Assembly (NCBI GenBank): GCA_963755025.1 | Contig: CAVWIH010000014.1 | Span: 1-64,000 of the forward strand | DNA: 64,000 nucleotides | Source of the DNA: an uncultured Actinomycetes bacterium | GTDB lineage: Bacteria > Actinomycetota > Thermoleophilia > UBA2241 | Direction of reading: 5' to 3' | Part shown: piece after piece, positions 11,701 through 20,442 of the stretch | Numbering within the stretch: position 1 is the stretch's first letter | How the letters are laid out: each line of letters starts with the position of its first letter | The notes under the pieces: model-generated | The model's input: only the letters and a program-made list of their open reading frames with translations | Database searches by the model: none | What the model was told of the DNA's origin: nothing | Made by a program: the position numbers and the translations under genes

Positions 11701-12041
11701 ATCTGTTCTTTGCCGTCGATACCCAGACGCCGCTCGACCTCGAGCTCGACGGGCAGGCCGTGGCAGTCCCAGCCGGCCTTGCGCGGCACGCGAAAGCCGC
11801 GCATGGTCTTGAACCGCGGAAAGATGTCTTTGAAGGCGCGCGAGAGCACGTGGTGGGCGCCGGGCCGGCCGTTGGCCGTGGGCGGACCTTCGTAGAAGGC
11901 GTAGAGCGGCGCGTCGCGGCGCAGGTCGAGGCTCTTGTCGAAGATGCGCTCGCTGCGCCAGAACTCGAGGACGCGCGCGTCTAGGGCCGGAAAGTCGACC
12001 TTGGGCAGCACCTCGTGGAACCGTGGCGGGCTGTCGTTCAC
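8733..12041 (-). CDS. ileS: Isoleucyl-tRNA synthetase, type 2
   Basis: YEGPPTANG, GWDCHGLPVE, WTTTPWTL, DWALSRDRYWGTP, DQTRGWFYSL, KMSKS; type-2 C-terminus without Zn finger; GTG 12041 with GAGGAG RBS. Confidence 0.95.
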   Translation of the reverse strand: MNDSPPRFHEVLPKVDFPALDARVLEFWRSERIFDKSLDLRRDAPLYAFYEGPPTANGRPGAHHVLSRAFKDIFPRFKTMRGFRVPRKAGWDCHGLPVELEVERRLGIDGKEQIEEYGVARFNALCRESVLTYLKDWDRLTERIGFWIDLDDAYYTLTNDYIESVWWLLRQIWDKELLYEGFKVVPYCPRCGTAISSHEMAQGYHDVTDPSVYVRFPLTAEAAAAVAGLGAPAGASDTAAAGGASNAAAADATDVVADAPPAAGARVSLAVWTTTPWTLVSNVACAVNPDIDYALVASRGERFVLARDLVASVLGGHAVVERIIPGAALLGLAYEPPFHFVEPDKRAWFVVGDGYVTTTDGTGIVHIAPAFGEDDMRIGRDNDLPVVNPVDAAGRFVADVAPWAHVFVKDADRGIIADLTQRDLLLAEVPYEHSYPFCWRCDTPLLYYSKKTWYVKTTAVKDDLLAANEAVTWYPEHIKHGRFGEWLENNVDWALSRDRYWGTPLPVWRCEQRHTHCVGSVAELRELAVTPPPADLELHRPFVDDVVLRCPTCGGDMHRVPEVIDAWFDSGSMPFAQWHYPFENDEKFHERFPADFIAEAIDQTRGWFYSLLAVATLIEGRSSYETVLCLGHVLDAEGQKMSKSRGNVVQPDDVLDRQGADALRWYMFTSSSPWYPRRFSLELVDEVVRKFLLTLWNTYSFFTVYANIDRFDPSVAPVPLAERPLLDRWLTGRLAQLVTRVSEGLEGYDATTSGRAIQDFVDELSNWYVRRSRRRFWKSGSDRDKLAAYHTLYDCLVTLAKLLAPYTPFVAEEIYQNLVRSVDADAPESVHLCDWPVADAAALDETVTFDMDVARRAVELGRAARNGAAVKNRQPLAEVAVAAPAAECAALERLADIVTDELNVKRLRLVTDTEELLAYALKPNLKVLGPRLGKQVGAVGAALKAADTAAFVAALRDAGAAPLVLADGHELLLADGDVLVETVAPEGSRVETDGTLTVALVTTIDQALRDEGIVRELVHAVQLSRKNADLRIEDTISLALAVPAELTGLVERNAAYIKTETLASELELGDAPRSYRETVRVEGHDVIVGLSSTGTIFTVNYG

Positions 12042-12133
12042 CTGTGAGCGCTCCTCGTCGCTGGCGACCATGGCGCGGCGCGCTCGACGCGCGGGAACCC
12101 TGAAGCGAGAAACCGCGCCGGCGCCGGCCGTCA

Positions 12134-12155
12134 ATTCTAGCAGACGCGGTAGAAT
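12134..12155. promoter_or_regulatory. Back-to-back -10 elements for ileS (minus) and the HAD gene (plus)
   Basis: Minus strand TGCTAGAAT (extended -10) at 12134-12142; plus strand TAGAAT at 12150-12155. Confidence 0.5.
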
Positions 12156-12165
12156 GGACGACACG

Positions 12166-12888
12166 ATGGCCGTGCCTCCGCCCCCCGCCACAGCCCGATC
12201 CGCCTTCTCGCACCTGCTGGTGCTGCTCGACTACGACGGCACCGTGACCGATCGCGAGTACGGCGTGGCGGCGCTGCAGCAGCTCACCGGCGACGCCTGG
12301 CGGGCGTTCGACGAGGCCGCCGCGCGCGGCGAGATCTCCCCCGCCGAGTGCCTGCGCCGCCAGATCGAGCTGGTGACCACCACCAAAGAGGAGCTCATCG
12401 ACACAAGCGCGCGCGACGCCCGCCTCGCGGCCGGTTTCGGGCCGTTCCTCAACGCGCTCGCGACCGGCGGCGCACGAGTCGCCGTCGTCTCGGTCGGCTT
12501 TGCCGCGGTCATCGAGACCGTCTGGCGTCGCGAGCAGCTGCCCGCGGTCGGGCTCTTCGCGAGCGCGATCGTGCCCCGCGACGGCGCCGCCGGGCCGCCC
12601 TGGACCGTGCGCTTCGACCCGCGCCTCGGCGACTGCCCTGCTTGCGGGCCGGGGCGCTGCAAGGGCGGCGTCGTGCGTCTGTTGCGGCGGCCCGGCGACA
12701 CGGTCGCCGTGTTCGGCGACGGCGTCTCCGACCTCTGCCTGGCGCGCGAGGCCGACGCCGTGTTCGCCCGCGGCCGGCTCATCGAGCTTTGTGAGCGCGA
12801 GGGCATCGCGTATCATCGGCTCAGTGACTACCGACCGGCCCTCTTGCGACTGACCGAGCTCATGACGCCCCGCGCGGCGCTGTCGTGA
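12166..12888 (+). CDS. HAD-IB phosphatase, MtnX-like
   Basis: LLDYDGTVT motif I, VVSVG, CPACGPGRCKG, FGDGVSDLCLAREAD. Confidence 0.8.
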   Translation: MAVPPPPATARSAFSHLLVLLDYDGTVTDREYGVAALQQLTGDAWRAFDEAAARGEISPAECLRRQIELVTTTKEELIDTSARDARLAAGFGPFLNALATGGARVAVVSVGFAAVIETVWRREQLPAVGLFASAIVPRDGAAGPPWTVRFDPRLGDCPACGPGRCKGGVVRLLRRPGDTVAVFGDGVSDLCLAREADAVFARGRLIELCEREGIAYHRLSDYRPALLRLTELMTPRAALS

Positions 12889-13424
12889 CCACCCCGACGA
12901 CCCCCCGCAGCGGCGACGCCGCCAACCCCGCCGCCGCTCCCGCGCCCACGCGCGGCCTCGTAGCGAGCCTCTGGCAGTTCGTGCGGTTCTGCCTGGTGGG
13001 CGGCAGCGGCGTGATCGTCAATCTGGCGGTCTTCACGGCCGTCCTGCTCGTCTGGCTCGCGGTCACGGGCCACATCGGCTCGACCGGCGACCTCACGAGC
13101 GCCGTGCGCGGCCTGGTCACCAAGAAGAGCACGCAGGGCGTGCCCACGGCGGCGACCTACGTCGCCAATGCCGCCGGCTTCGTCGTATCGGTGATGACCA
13201 ACTACTACCTGAACCGCCGCTGGACGTTCCGCTCGACCAACGACGTCGCCGGCGAGCTGCCCAAGTTCTTCACGGTCAGCCTGGTGGCCTACGGCGGGCA
13301 ACTGCTGCTCTTCTGGGCGCTGCGCGAGCAGGCCCACCTGGCGCCCATCCCCAGCCAGCTGATCGCCATCGTCTTCATCATGCCGGTCAACTTCGTGGCC
13401 AACAAGCTCTGGAGCTTCCGATGA
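12885..13424 (+). CDS. GtrA-family membrane protein (lipid-linked sugar flippase-like)
   Basis: QFVRFCLVGGSG, NYYLNRRWTF, NFVANKLWSF; four hydrophobic helices. Confidence 0.88.
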   Translation: MTTPTTPRSGDAANPAAAPAPTRGLVASLWQFVRFCLVGGSGVIVNLAVFTAVLLVWLAVTGHIGSTGDLTSAVRGLVTKKSTQGVPTAATYVANAAGFVVSVMTNYYLNRRWTFRSTNDVAGELPKFFTVSLVAYGGQLLLFWALREQAHLAPIPSQLIAIVFIMPVNFVANKLWSFR

Positions 13425-13440
13425 ACCACCACCGCCCGCG

Positions 13441-14859
13441 ATGACGAGCAAGACCAAAGGCACGAAGCGCAGCCTGTCGGCCGACCAGCGCGCCAAGCGG
13501 GCCGCCGCGCGCGACGCGCGAGCCGCCGGCAACGGCCGGCCGAACGCCGCCGCCAGGGCTGCGGCGCGCGAGGCGGCGCACGCGCGGCCCAACCGCCCCG
13601 TCAAGGTCATCGCCTTCGCCGTGTGGCTCACCGTGCTCGCGCTCATCGCCATCGTGTGGGTGTTCGGCGTGATGCACCTCTGGTACGGCCTGCACGACAT
13701 CTCAGACACCACCATCTACGCCGACTACGCGGCCCGCATAGCCCGGGGCTTTCGGCCCTACATCGACTTCCCGGTCGAGTACCCGCCGCTGGCCATCCCC
13801 CTGTTCGTGCTGCCCGGCCACAGCGGCAACGTCGTGGCCTACAGCGACTGGTTCAACGTCGAGATGTACCTGATGTGCGCAGGCGCGGCGGCCACGACCG
13901 CCGCCGCCGCCGCGCGCCTGTGGCCCTACGGCCGCAAAGCGTATCTCGTCGGCGCCACCTTCGCGGTCTCCGTGCTAGCCACCGGCGCCATCGTGGGCAA
14001 CCGCTACGACGCCGCGGTCGCGTTGCTGCTGGGCATCGTGTTGCTCCTGCTCGCCCACGAGCGCTGGATAGGCGCCGCCATGGTGCTGGGCCTCGGGTTC
14101 GCTCTCAAGATCACCCCGGCCATCCTGCTGCCGCTGGTCTTCGTGCTCGCCGTGCAGAAACGCACGATCCTGTGGGCCTTCGTCTTCTTCGTGATCACCG
14201 CGACACTGCCGTTCGTGCCCTACGCGGTCCACGGCCTCAAGGGCATCGAGTACCCCTTCACCTACCAGATCCACCGGCCGCTGCAGGTCGAAAGCGTGCT
14301 CGCCGCGCCCCTGCTGTTCGGCCACGTCGTGCACCACGTCTGGGTCGAGATCGGCACCGCCTACGGCTCGCAGTTCATCGCCGCCACAGGGGCCGGCACG
14401 CTGGCGCGCCTGTCGGGCTTCATCGAGGGCCTCGCCCTGATCGTCACCTACGGGCTGATCTGGCGGCGGCGCGCCACGCTGCGCGCGACGCCGCGCCTGG
14501 TGCCGCTCGCCGTCCTCGCCGTCATCCTGGCCTTCATGACCTTCGGCAAGGTGCTCTCGCCGCAGTACTTCATCTGGATCCTGCCGGCGATCGCCCTCGT
14601 GCTGCCCGAGCGCCGCGCGCTGGCCGCGCTGCTCGTGGTCGCGCTGCTGCTCACCCAGATCGAGTTTCCGTCGAACTACTGGTCGTTCATCTACCTCGAC
14701 TCGGGCGCGATCATGATCGTGGTGCTGCGCGACGCCGTGCTGTTCGCGGCGTTCGTCGTGTCGCTCGTGCACCTGTGGCGCCTGCCCGCCGTCACTCCCG
14801 GCGAGCTTGCCGCGCGCGCCGCACCGCCCGCGGCGGCCGCGGCGCGGCCCGGCGTCTGA
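13441..14859 (+). CDS. GT87/DUF2029-like GT-C membrane glycosyltransferase
   Basis: PYIDFPVEYPP, RYD, GFALKITP, KVLSPQYFIW; multi-TM. Confidence 0.8.
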   Translation: MTSKTKGTKRSLSADQRAKRAAARDARAAGNGRPNAAARAAAREAAHARPNRPVKVIAFAVWLTVLALIAIVWVFGVMHLWYGLHDISDTTIYADYAARIARGFRPYIDFPVEYPPLAIPLFVLPGHSGNVVAYSDWFNVEMYLMCAGAAATTAAAAARLWPYGRKAYLVGATFAVSVLATGAIVGNRYDAAVALLLGIVLLLLAHERWIGAAMVLGLGFALKITPAILLPLVFVLAVQKRTILWAFVFFVITATLPFVPYAVHGLKGIEYPFTYQIHRPLQVESVLAAPLLFGHVVHHVWVEIGTAYGSQFIAATGAGTLARLSGFIEGLALIVTYGLIWRRRATLRATPRLVPLAVLAVILAFMTFGKVLSPQYFIWILPAIALVLPERRALAALLVVALLLTQIEFPSNYWSFIYLDSGAIMIVVLRDAVLFAAFVVSLVHLWRLPAVTPGELAARAAPPAAAAARPGV

Positions 14860-14881
14860 GCGACGGCCCGGCGGCGGGGCT

Positions 14882-15670
14882 CTAGCTGCGCCCGCGCGGC
14901 GCGCGGCCCGTCGCGGCGCGCAGCCACTGCGCCAGCACGAAGACCACGAAGCGGCCGTTGTGGCGCGCGTAGCGGCGCCACAGCCGCCGCGGCTCCTGAA
15001 AGAAGCGGTAGACCCACTCGAGACCTGCGCGCTGCATCCACGTGGGCGCGACGCCCACGCGGCCGGTCAGCATGTCGAAGGCCGCCCCCACGCCCATCAT
15101 GACGCAGGGCAGGCGGTCGCGGTGGGCCAGCATCCAGCGTTCCTGTTTGGGGCAGCCGAGGCTCACGAACAGCAACTGTGGGCGGGCCGCGACGATCGCC
15201 CGGCAAGCCTCGTCGTCTTCGGCGGCCGAGAGGGCGCGAAACGGTGGCGACCAGCAGTACCTCAGCTCGAGGCGCGGTAGACGGGTGGCCAGCTCGCGGC
15301 GCACCTCGGCCGTCACGGCGGGCTCGCCGCCGTAGAGGCCCACGCTGAGGCCCTCGCGAGCGGCCTGCTCGCAGACGGCCAGCATGAGATCGAGGCCGCG
15401 CGCCTGGCGCGCGCCGGCCACGCCGAGCAGGCGCGCCGCCCAGACCAGCGGACGGCCGTCGCAGACCACGAGGTCGGCCTGCTCGAGGGTGGTCGTGAAC
15501 GACGGGTCGTCGTAAGCCTCCATGACCATGTGGACGTTGGCTGCGCAGACCGCGCGGCCGGCGTCGCCGGCCGCCCACTGCGCGACCAGGGCGGCCGCGG
15601 CCGGGGCGTCGACGGCTGTGACCGGCGTCGTGAGCAGGGTCGTGCCGGGCAGGTGGGTGACGGCGCTCAC
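14882..15670 (-). CDS. WecB/TagA/CpsF family glycosyltransferase (GT26)
   Basis: ANVH, VCDGRPL, LFVSLGCPKQE, GVGAAFD, GLEWVYRFFQEPRRLWRRY. Confidence 0.92.
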   Translation of the reverse strand: MSAVTHLPGTTLLTTPVTAVDAPAAAALVAQWAAGDAGRAVCAANVHMVMEAYDDPSFTTTLEQADLVVCDGRPLVWAARLLGVAGARQARGLDLMLAVCEQAAREGLSVGLYGGEPAVTAEVRRELATRLPRLELRYCWSPPFRALSAAEDDEACRAIVAARPQLLFVSLGCPKQERWMLAHRDRLPCVMMGVGAAFDMLTGRVGVAPTWMQRAGLEWVYRFFQEPRRLWRRYARHNGRFVVFVLAQWLRAATGRAPRGRS

Positions 15671-15766
15671 CGAGCGGCGGCCGTCGCCACGCCGCGCCTG
15701 TGAGCGCTGCGTCGGCAGGAACGGCGGCGGCCCGCGAGCGCCGCTCGCCCGTCGCGACGCACCGTC

Positions 15767-16936
15767 CTACTCCCGGTACTCGTGGATCCGAAAGCCGCGG
15801 GCGCGCACCAACTCGTCGCGGCGGGCCTGGTCTAAGTCTTCCCAGACCATGTCGTGCACGAGCTCGTCGAAGCCGATCTGCGGCTGCCAGCCGAGCTTGT
15901 CGCGCGCCTTTGTGGCGTCGCCGATGAGGCTGGCGACCTCGGTGGGCCGGAAGTAGCGACGGTCGACCCGCACCAGCTCGCGCCCGGGGGTGATGCGCTC
16001 GTCGCGGTCGGGCGGCACGAGCACCAGGCCGTTGCTGTTGCGGGCGCGGCCCAGCAGGTCGGCGTCGACCGACTCGACCACGCCGACCTCGTCGGCGCCC
16101 TCGCCGATGAAGGCCAGCGTGATGCCCGCCTCGGCGAAGGCCCGCAGACAGAACTCGCGCACCGAGTGCTGCTCGCCGGTGGCCACCACGTAGTCGCCGG
16201 GCTCGTCCTGCTGCACCATGAGGTGCATGGCGCGCACGTAGTCGCGGGCGTGGCCCCAGTCGCGCAGCGAGCCCAGGTTGCCCAGGTAGAGGTCGTCCTG
16301 CAGGCCCAGCGCTATGCGCGCCACGGCGCGCGTGATCTTGCGCGTGACGAAGGTCTCGCCGCGGATCGGGCTCTCGTGGTTGAAGAGGATGCCGTTGCTC
16401 ACGTGCAGGCCGTAGGCCTCGCGATAGTTCACGCAGATCCAGTAGGCGTAGACCTTGGCCGCGCCGTACGGGCTGCGCGGGTAGAACGGCGTTGTCTCGC
16501 GCTGCGGCACCTCCTGCACCAGGCCGAACATCTCAGAGGTCGAGGCCTGGTAGAACCGCGTGCGGCCTTCGAGGCCGAGGATGCGCATGGCTTCGAGCAG
16601 GCGCAGCGTGCCGAGGGCGTCGGAGTTGGCCGTGTACTCGGCGGTCTCGAAGCTCACCTGCACGTGCGACTGGGCCGCCAGGTTGTAGATCTCGTCGGGC
16701 TGGGTCTCCTGCACGATGCGGATGAGGTTGGTGGCGTCGGTCAGGTCGCCGTAGTGCATGAAGAAGCGCACGCCCGCCTTGTGCGGGTCGGAGTAGAGGT
16801 GATCGACGCGGTCGGTGTTGAACGAGCTGGCGCGCCGCTTGATGCCGTGCACCGTGTAGCCGCTGTCGAGCAGGTATTCGGCCAGGTAGGCGCCGTCCTG
16901 TCCGGTGACGCCGGTGATGAGTGCCGTCTTTGCCAC
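15767..16936 (-). CDS. gmd: GDP-mannose 4,6-dehydratase
   Basis: [45 protein letters not shown]. Confidence 0.96.
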   Translation of the reverse strand: MAKTALITGVTGQDGAYLAEYLLDSGYTVHGIKRRASSFNTDRVDHLYSDPHKAGVRFFMHYGDLTDATNLIRIVQETQPDEIYNLAAQSHVQVSFETAEYTANSDALGTLRLLEAMRILGLEGRTRFYQASTSEMFGLVQEVPQRETTPFYPRSPYGAAKVYAYWICVNYREAYGLHVSNGILFNHESPIRGETFVTRKITRAVARIALGLQDDLYLGNLGSLRDWGHARDYVRAMHLMVQQDEPGDYVVATGEQHSVREFCLRAFAEAGITLAFIGEGADEVGVVESVDADLLGRARNSNGLVLVPPDRDERITPGRELVRVDRRYFRPTEVASLIGDATKARDKLGWQPQIGFDELVHDMVWEDLDQARRDELVRARGFRIHEYRE

Positions 16937-16963
16937 TTGCCTCTCCCCTCCGCCCGACGCCTG

Positions 16964-18010
16964 TCAGGCGGCGCCGGTTTTCGCGGGCTGATGCGCCCCG
17001 GGACCGTCGCCGCCGCCGTGCGGACCGTCGCCGGCCGCCGGGTGCGCGACATACCACTCGTAGGTGGAGCGGATGCCGTCGGCCAGGCTGTGCCGCGGGC
17101 GCCAGCCGAGCGCGGTGATGCGGCTCACGTCGAGCTGCTTTTGCGGCGTGCCGTCGGGCTTGCTCGCGTCCCACTCGATCGGCCCCGTGTGGCCCACCAC
17201 GCTCTGGGTGAGCTCGGCCAGCTCGCGGATGGTCTGATCGACGCCGGTGCCGACGTTCACGAGGCCGTCGGGCAGGTCGGCGGCCGCGATGTGCTCGAGC
17301 AGGAAGACCACGGCCGCGGCCAGGTCGTCGACGTGCAGCAGCTCGCGCCGCGGACTGCCGGTGCCCCACAGCACGACCGGCGCGTTCGCCCGGCGCGGCG
17401 CGCCGTCGGCGTCGGGCAAGCCGAGCTTGGCTTCGTGGAACTTGCGGATCATGGCCGGCAGCACGTGGCTCGTGCGCAGGTCGAAGTTGTCGCCGGGGCC
17501 GTAGAGGTTGGTCGGCATGAGCGACAGGTAGTCGGTGCCGTACTGCCGGTTGAGACTGCGGCACAGCTCGATGCCGGCGATCTTGGCGACCGCGTAGGCG
17601 CGGTTGGTCTCTTCGAGGGGACCGGTCAGCAGGTACTCCTCTTTGAGCGGCTGCGGCGCCTCGCGCGGGTAGATGCATGAGCTGCCCAGAAAGACGAGCT
17701 TCTCGACGCCGGCCCTGAAGGCCTCGGCCACCACGTTCAACTCGATCGCCAGGTTGACGGCGACGAACTCGTAGGGCTGTTCCCAGTTGGCCACGATGCC
17801 GCCGACCTTGGCGGCGGCGAGAATGACCGCCTGGGGCCGCGTGCGCTCGAAGAAGGCGCGCGTGGCGGCCTGGTCGGTAAGGTCGACTTCGGCGGTGTCG
17901 GCGTAGATGAGCTCGTCGTACCCGTGTGCCTGCAGCGCGCGGGTGATCGCGCCGCCGACGAGGCCACGGTAGCCGGCGACCATAAGGCGGGTGTGCGCGT
18001 CGATGCTCAA
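16964..18010 (-). CDS. fcl: GDP-L-fucose synthase
   Basis: AGYRGLVG, AAAKVGGI, LGSSCIYP, YAVAK, PTNLYGPGDNF, KPDGTP; TTG start with AAAGGA RBS. Confidence 0.93.
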   Translation of the reverse strand: MSIDAHTRLMVAGYRGLVGGAITRALQAHGYDELIYADTAEVDLTDQAATRAFFERTRPQAVILAAAKVGGIVANWEQPYEFVAVNLAIELNVVAEAFRAGVEKLVFLGSSCIYPREAPQPLKEEYLLTGPLEETNRAYAVAKIAGIELCRSLNRQYGTDYLSLMPTNLYGPGDNFDLRTSHVLPAMIRKFHEAKLGLPDADGAPRRANAPVVLWGTGSPRRELLHVDDLAAAVVFLLEHIAAADLPDGLVNVGTGVDQTIRELAELTQSVVGHTGPIEWDASKPDGTPQKQLDVSRITALGWRPRHSLADGIRSTYEWYVAHPAAGDGPHGGGDGPGAHQPAKTGAA

Positions 18011-18050
18011 CTTGTCCTTTCGGTCGCGGTGGGCAGGATTGTAGCACCGG

Positions 18051-19379
18051 TCATCGGCGACCAGACCGATGCGCGAGAGGGGCCCGTGCATGGGCCGCGA
18101 CGGCGCCGCGCAGGACCTCGGCGTAGCGCGGCAGCACACGCTCGGGAGCGAACTCGGCCACCTTGGCGGCGTTGGCGCGGGCCATGCCTGCGCGCAGGCC
18201 GTCGTCGTCTAAGAGGCGCCCGATGGCGGCCGCCAGGGCCGCCGGGTCGCGCGCCGGCACGAACAGCGCGTTCTCGCCCTCGTTCAGGGAGTCGGCGCAG
18301 CCCCTGATCGGCGTGGTGACGATGGGCAGCCCGTAGCTCATGGCCTCCATGACCGACAGCGGGAAGCCCTCGGCGAAGTAGGTCGGCAAGACGAACAGGT
18401 CGGCGCCGCGGTAGGCGGCGTCGAGGGCGTCGCCGCTCAGGTAGCCGGCGAGCGTGGCCGCACCCGACAGGCCGAGGTCGGCGATGCGCCGCTGCAGCTC
18501 GTCGCGGACCGGCCCGGCGCCGGCGATAGTCAGCCGGCACGGCCGATGGGCGCGCACCAGAGCGCACGCGTCGAGCAGGTCGAACACGCCCTTTTCGGGG
18601 ATCAGGCGCGCCACCGAGAACAGGTTCGGCGTCGCGGGGGCGGCGGCGCGCTCGCCCTGAGCCGGCGCGCCGGCGGGCTCCACCGCGGCGCCGAGGTCGT
18701 CGGGGGGCTCGAGCGCCGCCGGCGCGGCGTCGCGGACGGCGTGCGGCGCGGGCACGAACGGGTTCACGACGACGGCGAACTCGACCCGCGGACACGCCGA
18801 CCGCCAGGCGCGCTGCTCCTGGGTGGAGAGCAGCATGACCGCGGCGGCGCGACGCACGAGCAGCTTTGAGAACGCCGTGAACAGCCGCGCGCCGGGCGCG
18901 CCGAGCCGGTCGCACTCGCTACCGTGCAGGTGCAGCACGAGCGGCGGACGGCCGCGGCGCACGCTCATCACCAGCGGCAGGTCGCGCAACAAAGCCGTGC
19001 GGTTGTGGGCGGTGGCCACGTAGACGACGTCGGGCCGCCACGCGCGGATGCGCCGGTGCACGCGCCACAGGTCGGCCGAGCGGCCGACGACCTTGGCGGC
19101 ACGCGATTCGTGGCCCGCGTGATGGGCGCTCCAGCGTTCGATCACGACGTCGCACCCGGCGGCGCGCAGGCCGTCGGCCACGAGCGGCGCGAGCTTGGGC
19201 AGCGGGCCGCCGATGGCCGGATAGGCGGTCAGCACCAGCACCCGCAGGCGCGCCGCGGGGTGCGCCGCGGGCGCGTCGGCCGCCGGCGGTGTCGCCCGTC
19301 GCGCCGCCGGCGTGGCGCCCGCCGGCCCGTCGTCGCCGGCTGGGGCGGCGCCCTCCTGGTCTACCGCGGTCGCCGTCAT
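18051..19379 (-). CDS. GT4 family glycosyltransferase
   Basis: ARLIPEKG, FVLPTYFAEGFPLSVMEAMSYGLPIV; start uncertain (19379 or 19391). Confidence 0.88.
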   Translation of the reverse strand: MTATAVDQEGAAPAGDDGPAGATPAARRATPPAADAPAAHPAARLRVLVLTAYPAIGGPLPKLAPLVADGLRAAGCDVVIERWSAHHAGHESRAAKVVGRSADLWRVHRRIRAWRPDVVYVATAHNRTALLRDLPLVMSVRRGRPPLVLHLHGSECDRLGAPGARLFTAFSKLLVRRAAAVMLLSTQEQRAWRSACPRVEFAVVVNPFVPAPHAVRDAAPAALEPPDDLGAAVEPAGAPAQGERAAAPATPNLFSVARLIPEKGVFDLLDACALVRAHRPCRLTIAGAGPVRDELQRRIADLGLSGAATLAGYLSGDALDAAYRGADLFVLPTYFAEGFPLSVMEAMSYGLPIVTTPIRGCADSLNEGENALFVPARDPAALAAAIGRLLDDDGLRAGMARANAAKVAEFAPERVLPRYAEVLRGAVAAHARAPLAHRSGRR

Positions 19380-19391
19380 GGCCGGGACCAC

Positions 19392-20408
19392 CTACCTGCC
19401 CGCCCGGCGCAGCCGGCGCAGCATGGCGCGCGCGGTCGGGCCGGTGCGCCGCGAGAGCCGCGGGGCCGGTCGCTGCGGCGCCTGCCGGGGGTTGAGCTGT
19501 GCGAAGTCGGCGAGGCAGTGATACGCCTTGACCTTCTGCACGAAGCCGTCGGGAGTGATGTAGAAGCCGCGCACCGTGGCGGCGTCGAACTGCGGCGCCC
19601 TCATGGGACGCTTCTGGAAGTGCAGGTAGGCGAACTCGTCGCGCTGGATGTCGGGATAGGCCAGGTCTTCGCGATCGACGCCGGGGTCGTCGACGTACTC
19701 GCGGTAGAGGGCGCCGTCTTCCCAGTAGAAGAGCTGGTGATCGTGGTTGCGCAGGCAGATGCCGCGCAGGCCGCGCGAGCTGGGGTCGGCGTCGACGAAC
19801 TCGTCCATCTCGTACTGCTCGAGGCCGGCCAGGTAGGCGAGCTCGTGCGCTCCCCAGTATTCGTCGAAGCCGCGGAGCGTGGGGTCGGCGAACACGACGC
19901 GGTAGTCCTTGGTGGGGTGTGGCTGGCGAAAGAGCTGCGTGACCTCGGTGGTGTTGTGATAAAAGGCGAGGTGGCCGCTCTGCTGCACCTTCTGGTAGGC
20001 GCGCAGCAGGCTCGACGGAAAGAAGCGGCGCAGGTCGCCCCAGATGAGGTCGACGTCGCAGTGTCCCCAGATCTCGTAGCCGGCGAGCCACTCCGCGAAG
20101 ATGTGACCGTAGGCGATCTTGAAGTCGCACAGCTGGATCGGCGTGGTGAGGCAGACGTCGAGCTCGAGTCGCTCGCAGAACAGCTCGCGCAGCGCGGCGA
20201 AGTCGATCGCCACCGGGTGCACGTTGGCCGGCACCGCCCGGTCGGAGAGCGTCGCGTCGGTGAACAGCAGCCAGTCGATGCTCGGGTTGCCCGCGCAGCT
20301 GCGCAGCCACAGGTCGAACCACGCCGGCAGCGGGCCGAACCAGGGCACGACGAGCGCGATCGTCGGCAGGACGGCCGCTTCGGGGACGGGGGTGTCGGAT
20401 CCGCTCAC
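19392..20408 (-). CDS. DUF6625-like polysaccharide-locus protein
   Basis: VPWFGPLPAWFDLWLRSC, LCDFKIAYGHIF, WGHCDVDLIWGDL, YLHFQKR; GTG start inferred. Confidence 0.7.
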   Translation of the reverse strand: MSGSDTPVPEAAVLPTIALVVPWFGPLPAWFDLWLRSCAGNPSIDWLLFTDATLSDRAVPANVHPVAIDFAALRELFCERLELDVCLTTPIQLCDFKIAYGHIFAEWLAGYEIWGHCDVDLIWGDLRRFFPSSLLRAYQKVQQSGHLAFYHNTTEVTQLFRQPHPTKDYRVVFADPTLRGFDEYWGAHELAYLAGLEQYEMDEFVDADPSSRGLRGICLRNHDHQLFYWEDGALYREYVDDPGVDREDLAYPDIQRDEFAYLHFQKRPMRAPQFDAATVRGFYITPDGFVQKVKAYHCLADFAQLNPRQAPQRPAPRLSRRTGPTARAMLRRLRRAGR

Positions 20409-20442
20409 CGGCGTCGCGCGTCGCGCGTGGCCGCGGCCTGGT

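Noticed and set aside
12042-12150. T-box riboswitch upstream of ileS
   Set aside because: Leader is short and lacks the GGTGGNACCGCG antiterminator consensus.
8812-12816. Very long alternative-frame ORFs (1334 aa here; also 8976-11594, 15854-17680, 40223-42145 and others)
   Set aside because: Arg/Ala/Pro-rich shadow frames overlapping well-supported genes; expected in high-GC DNA.
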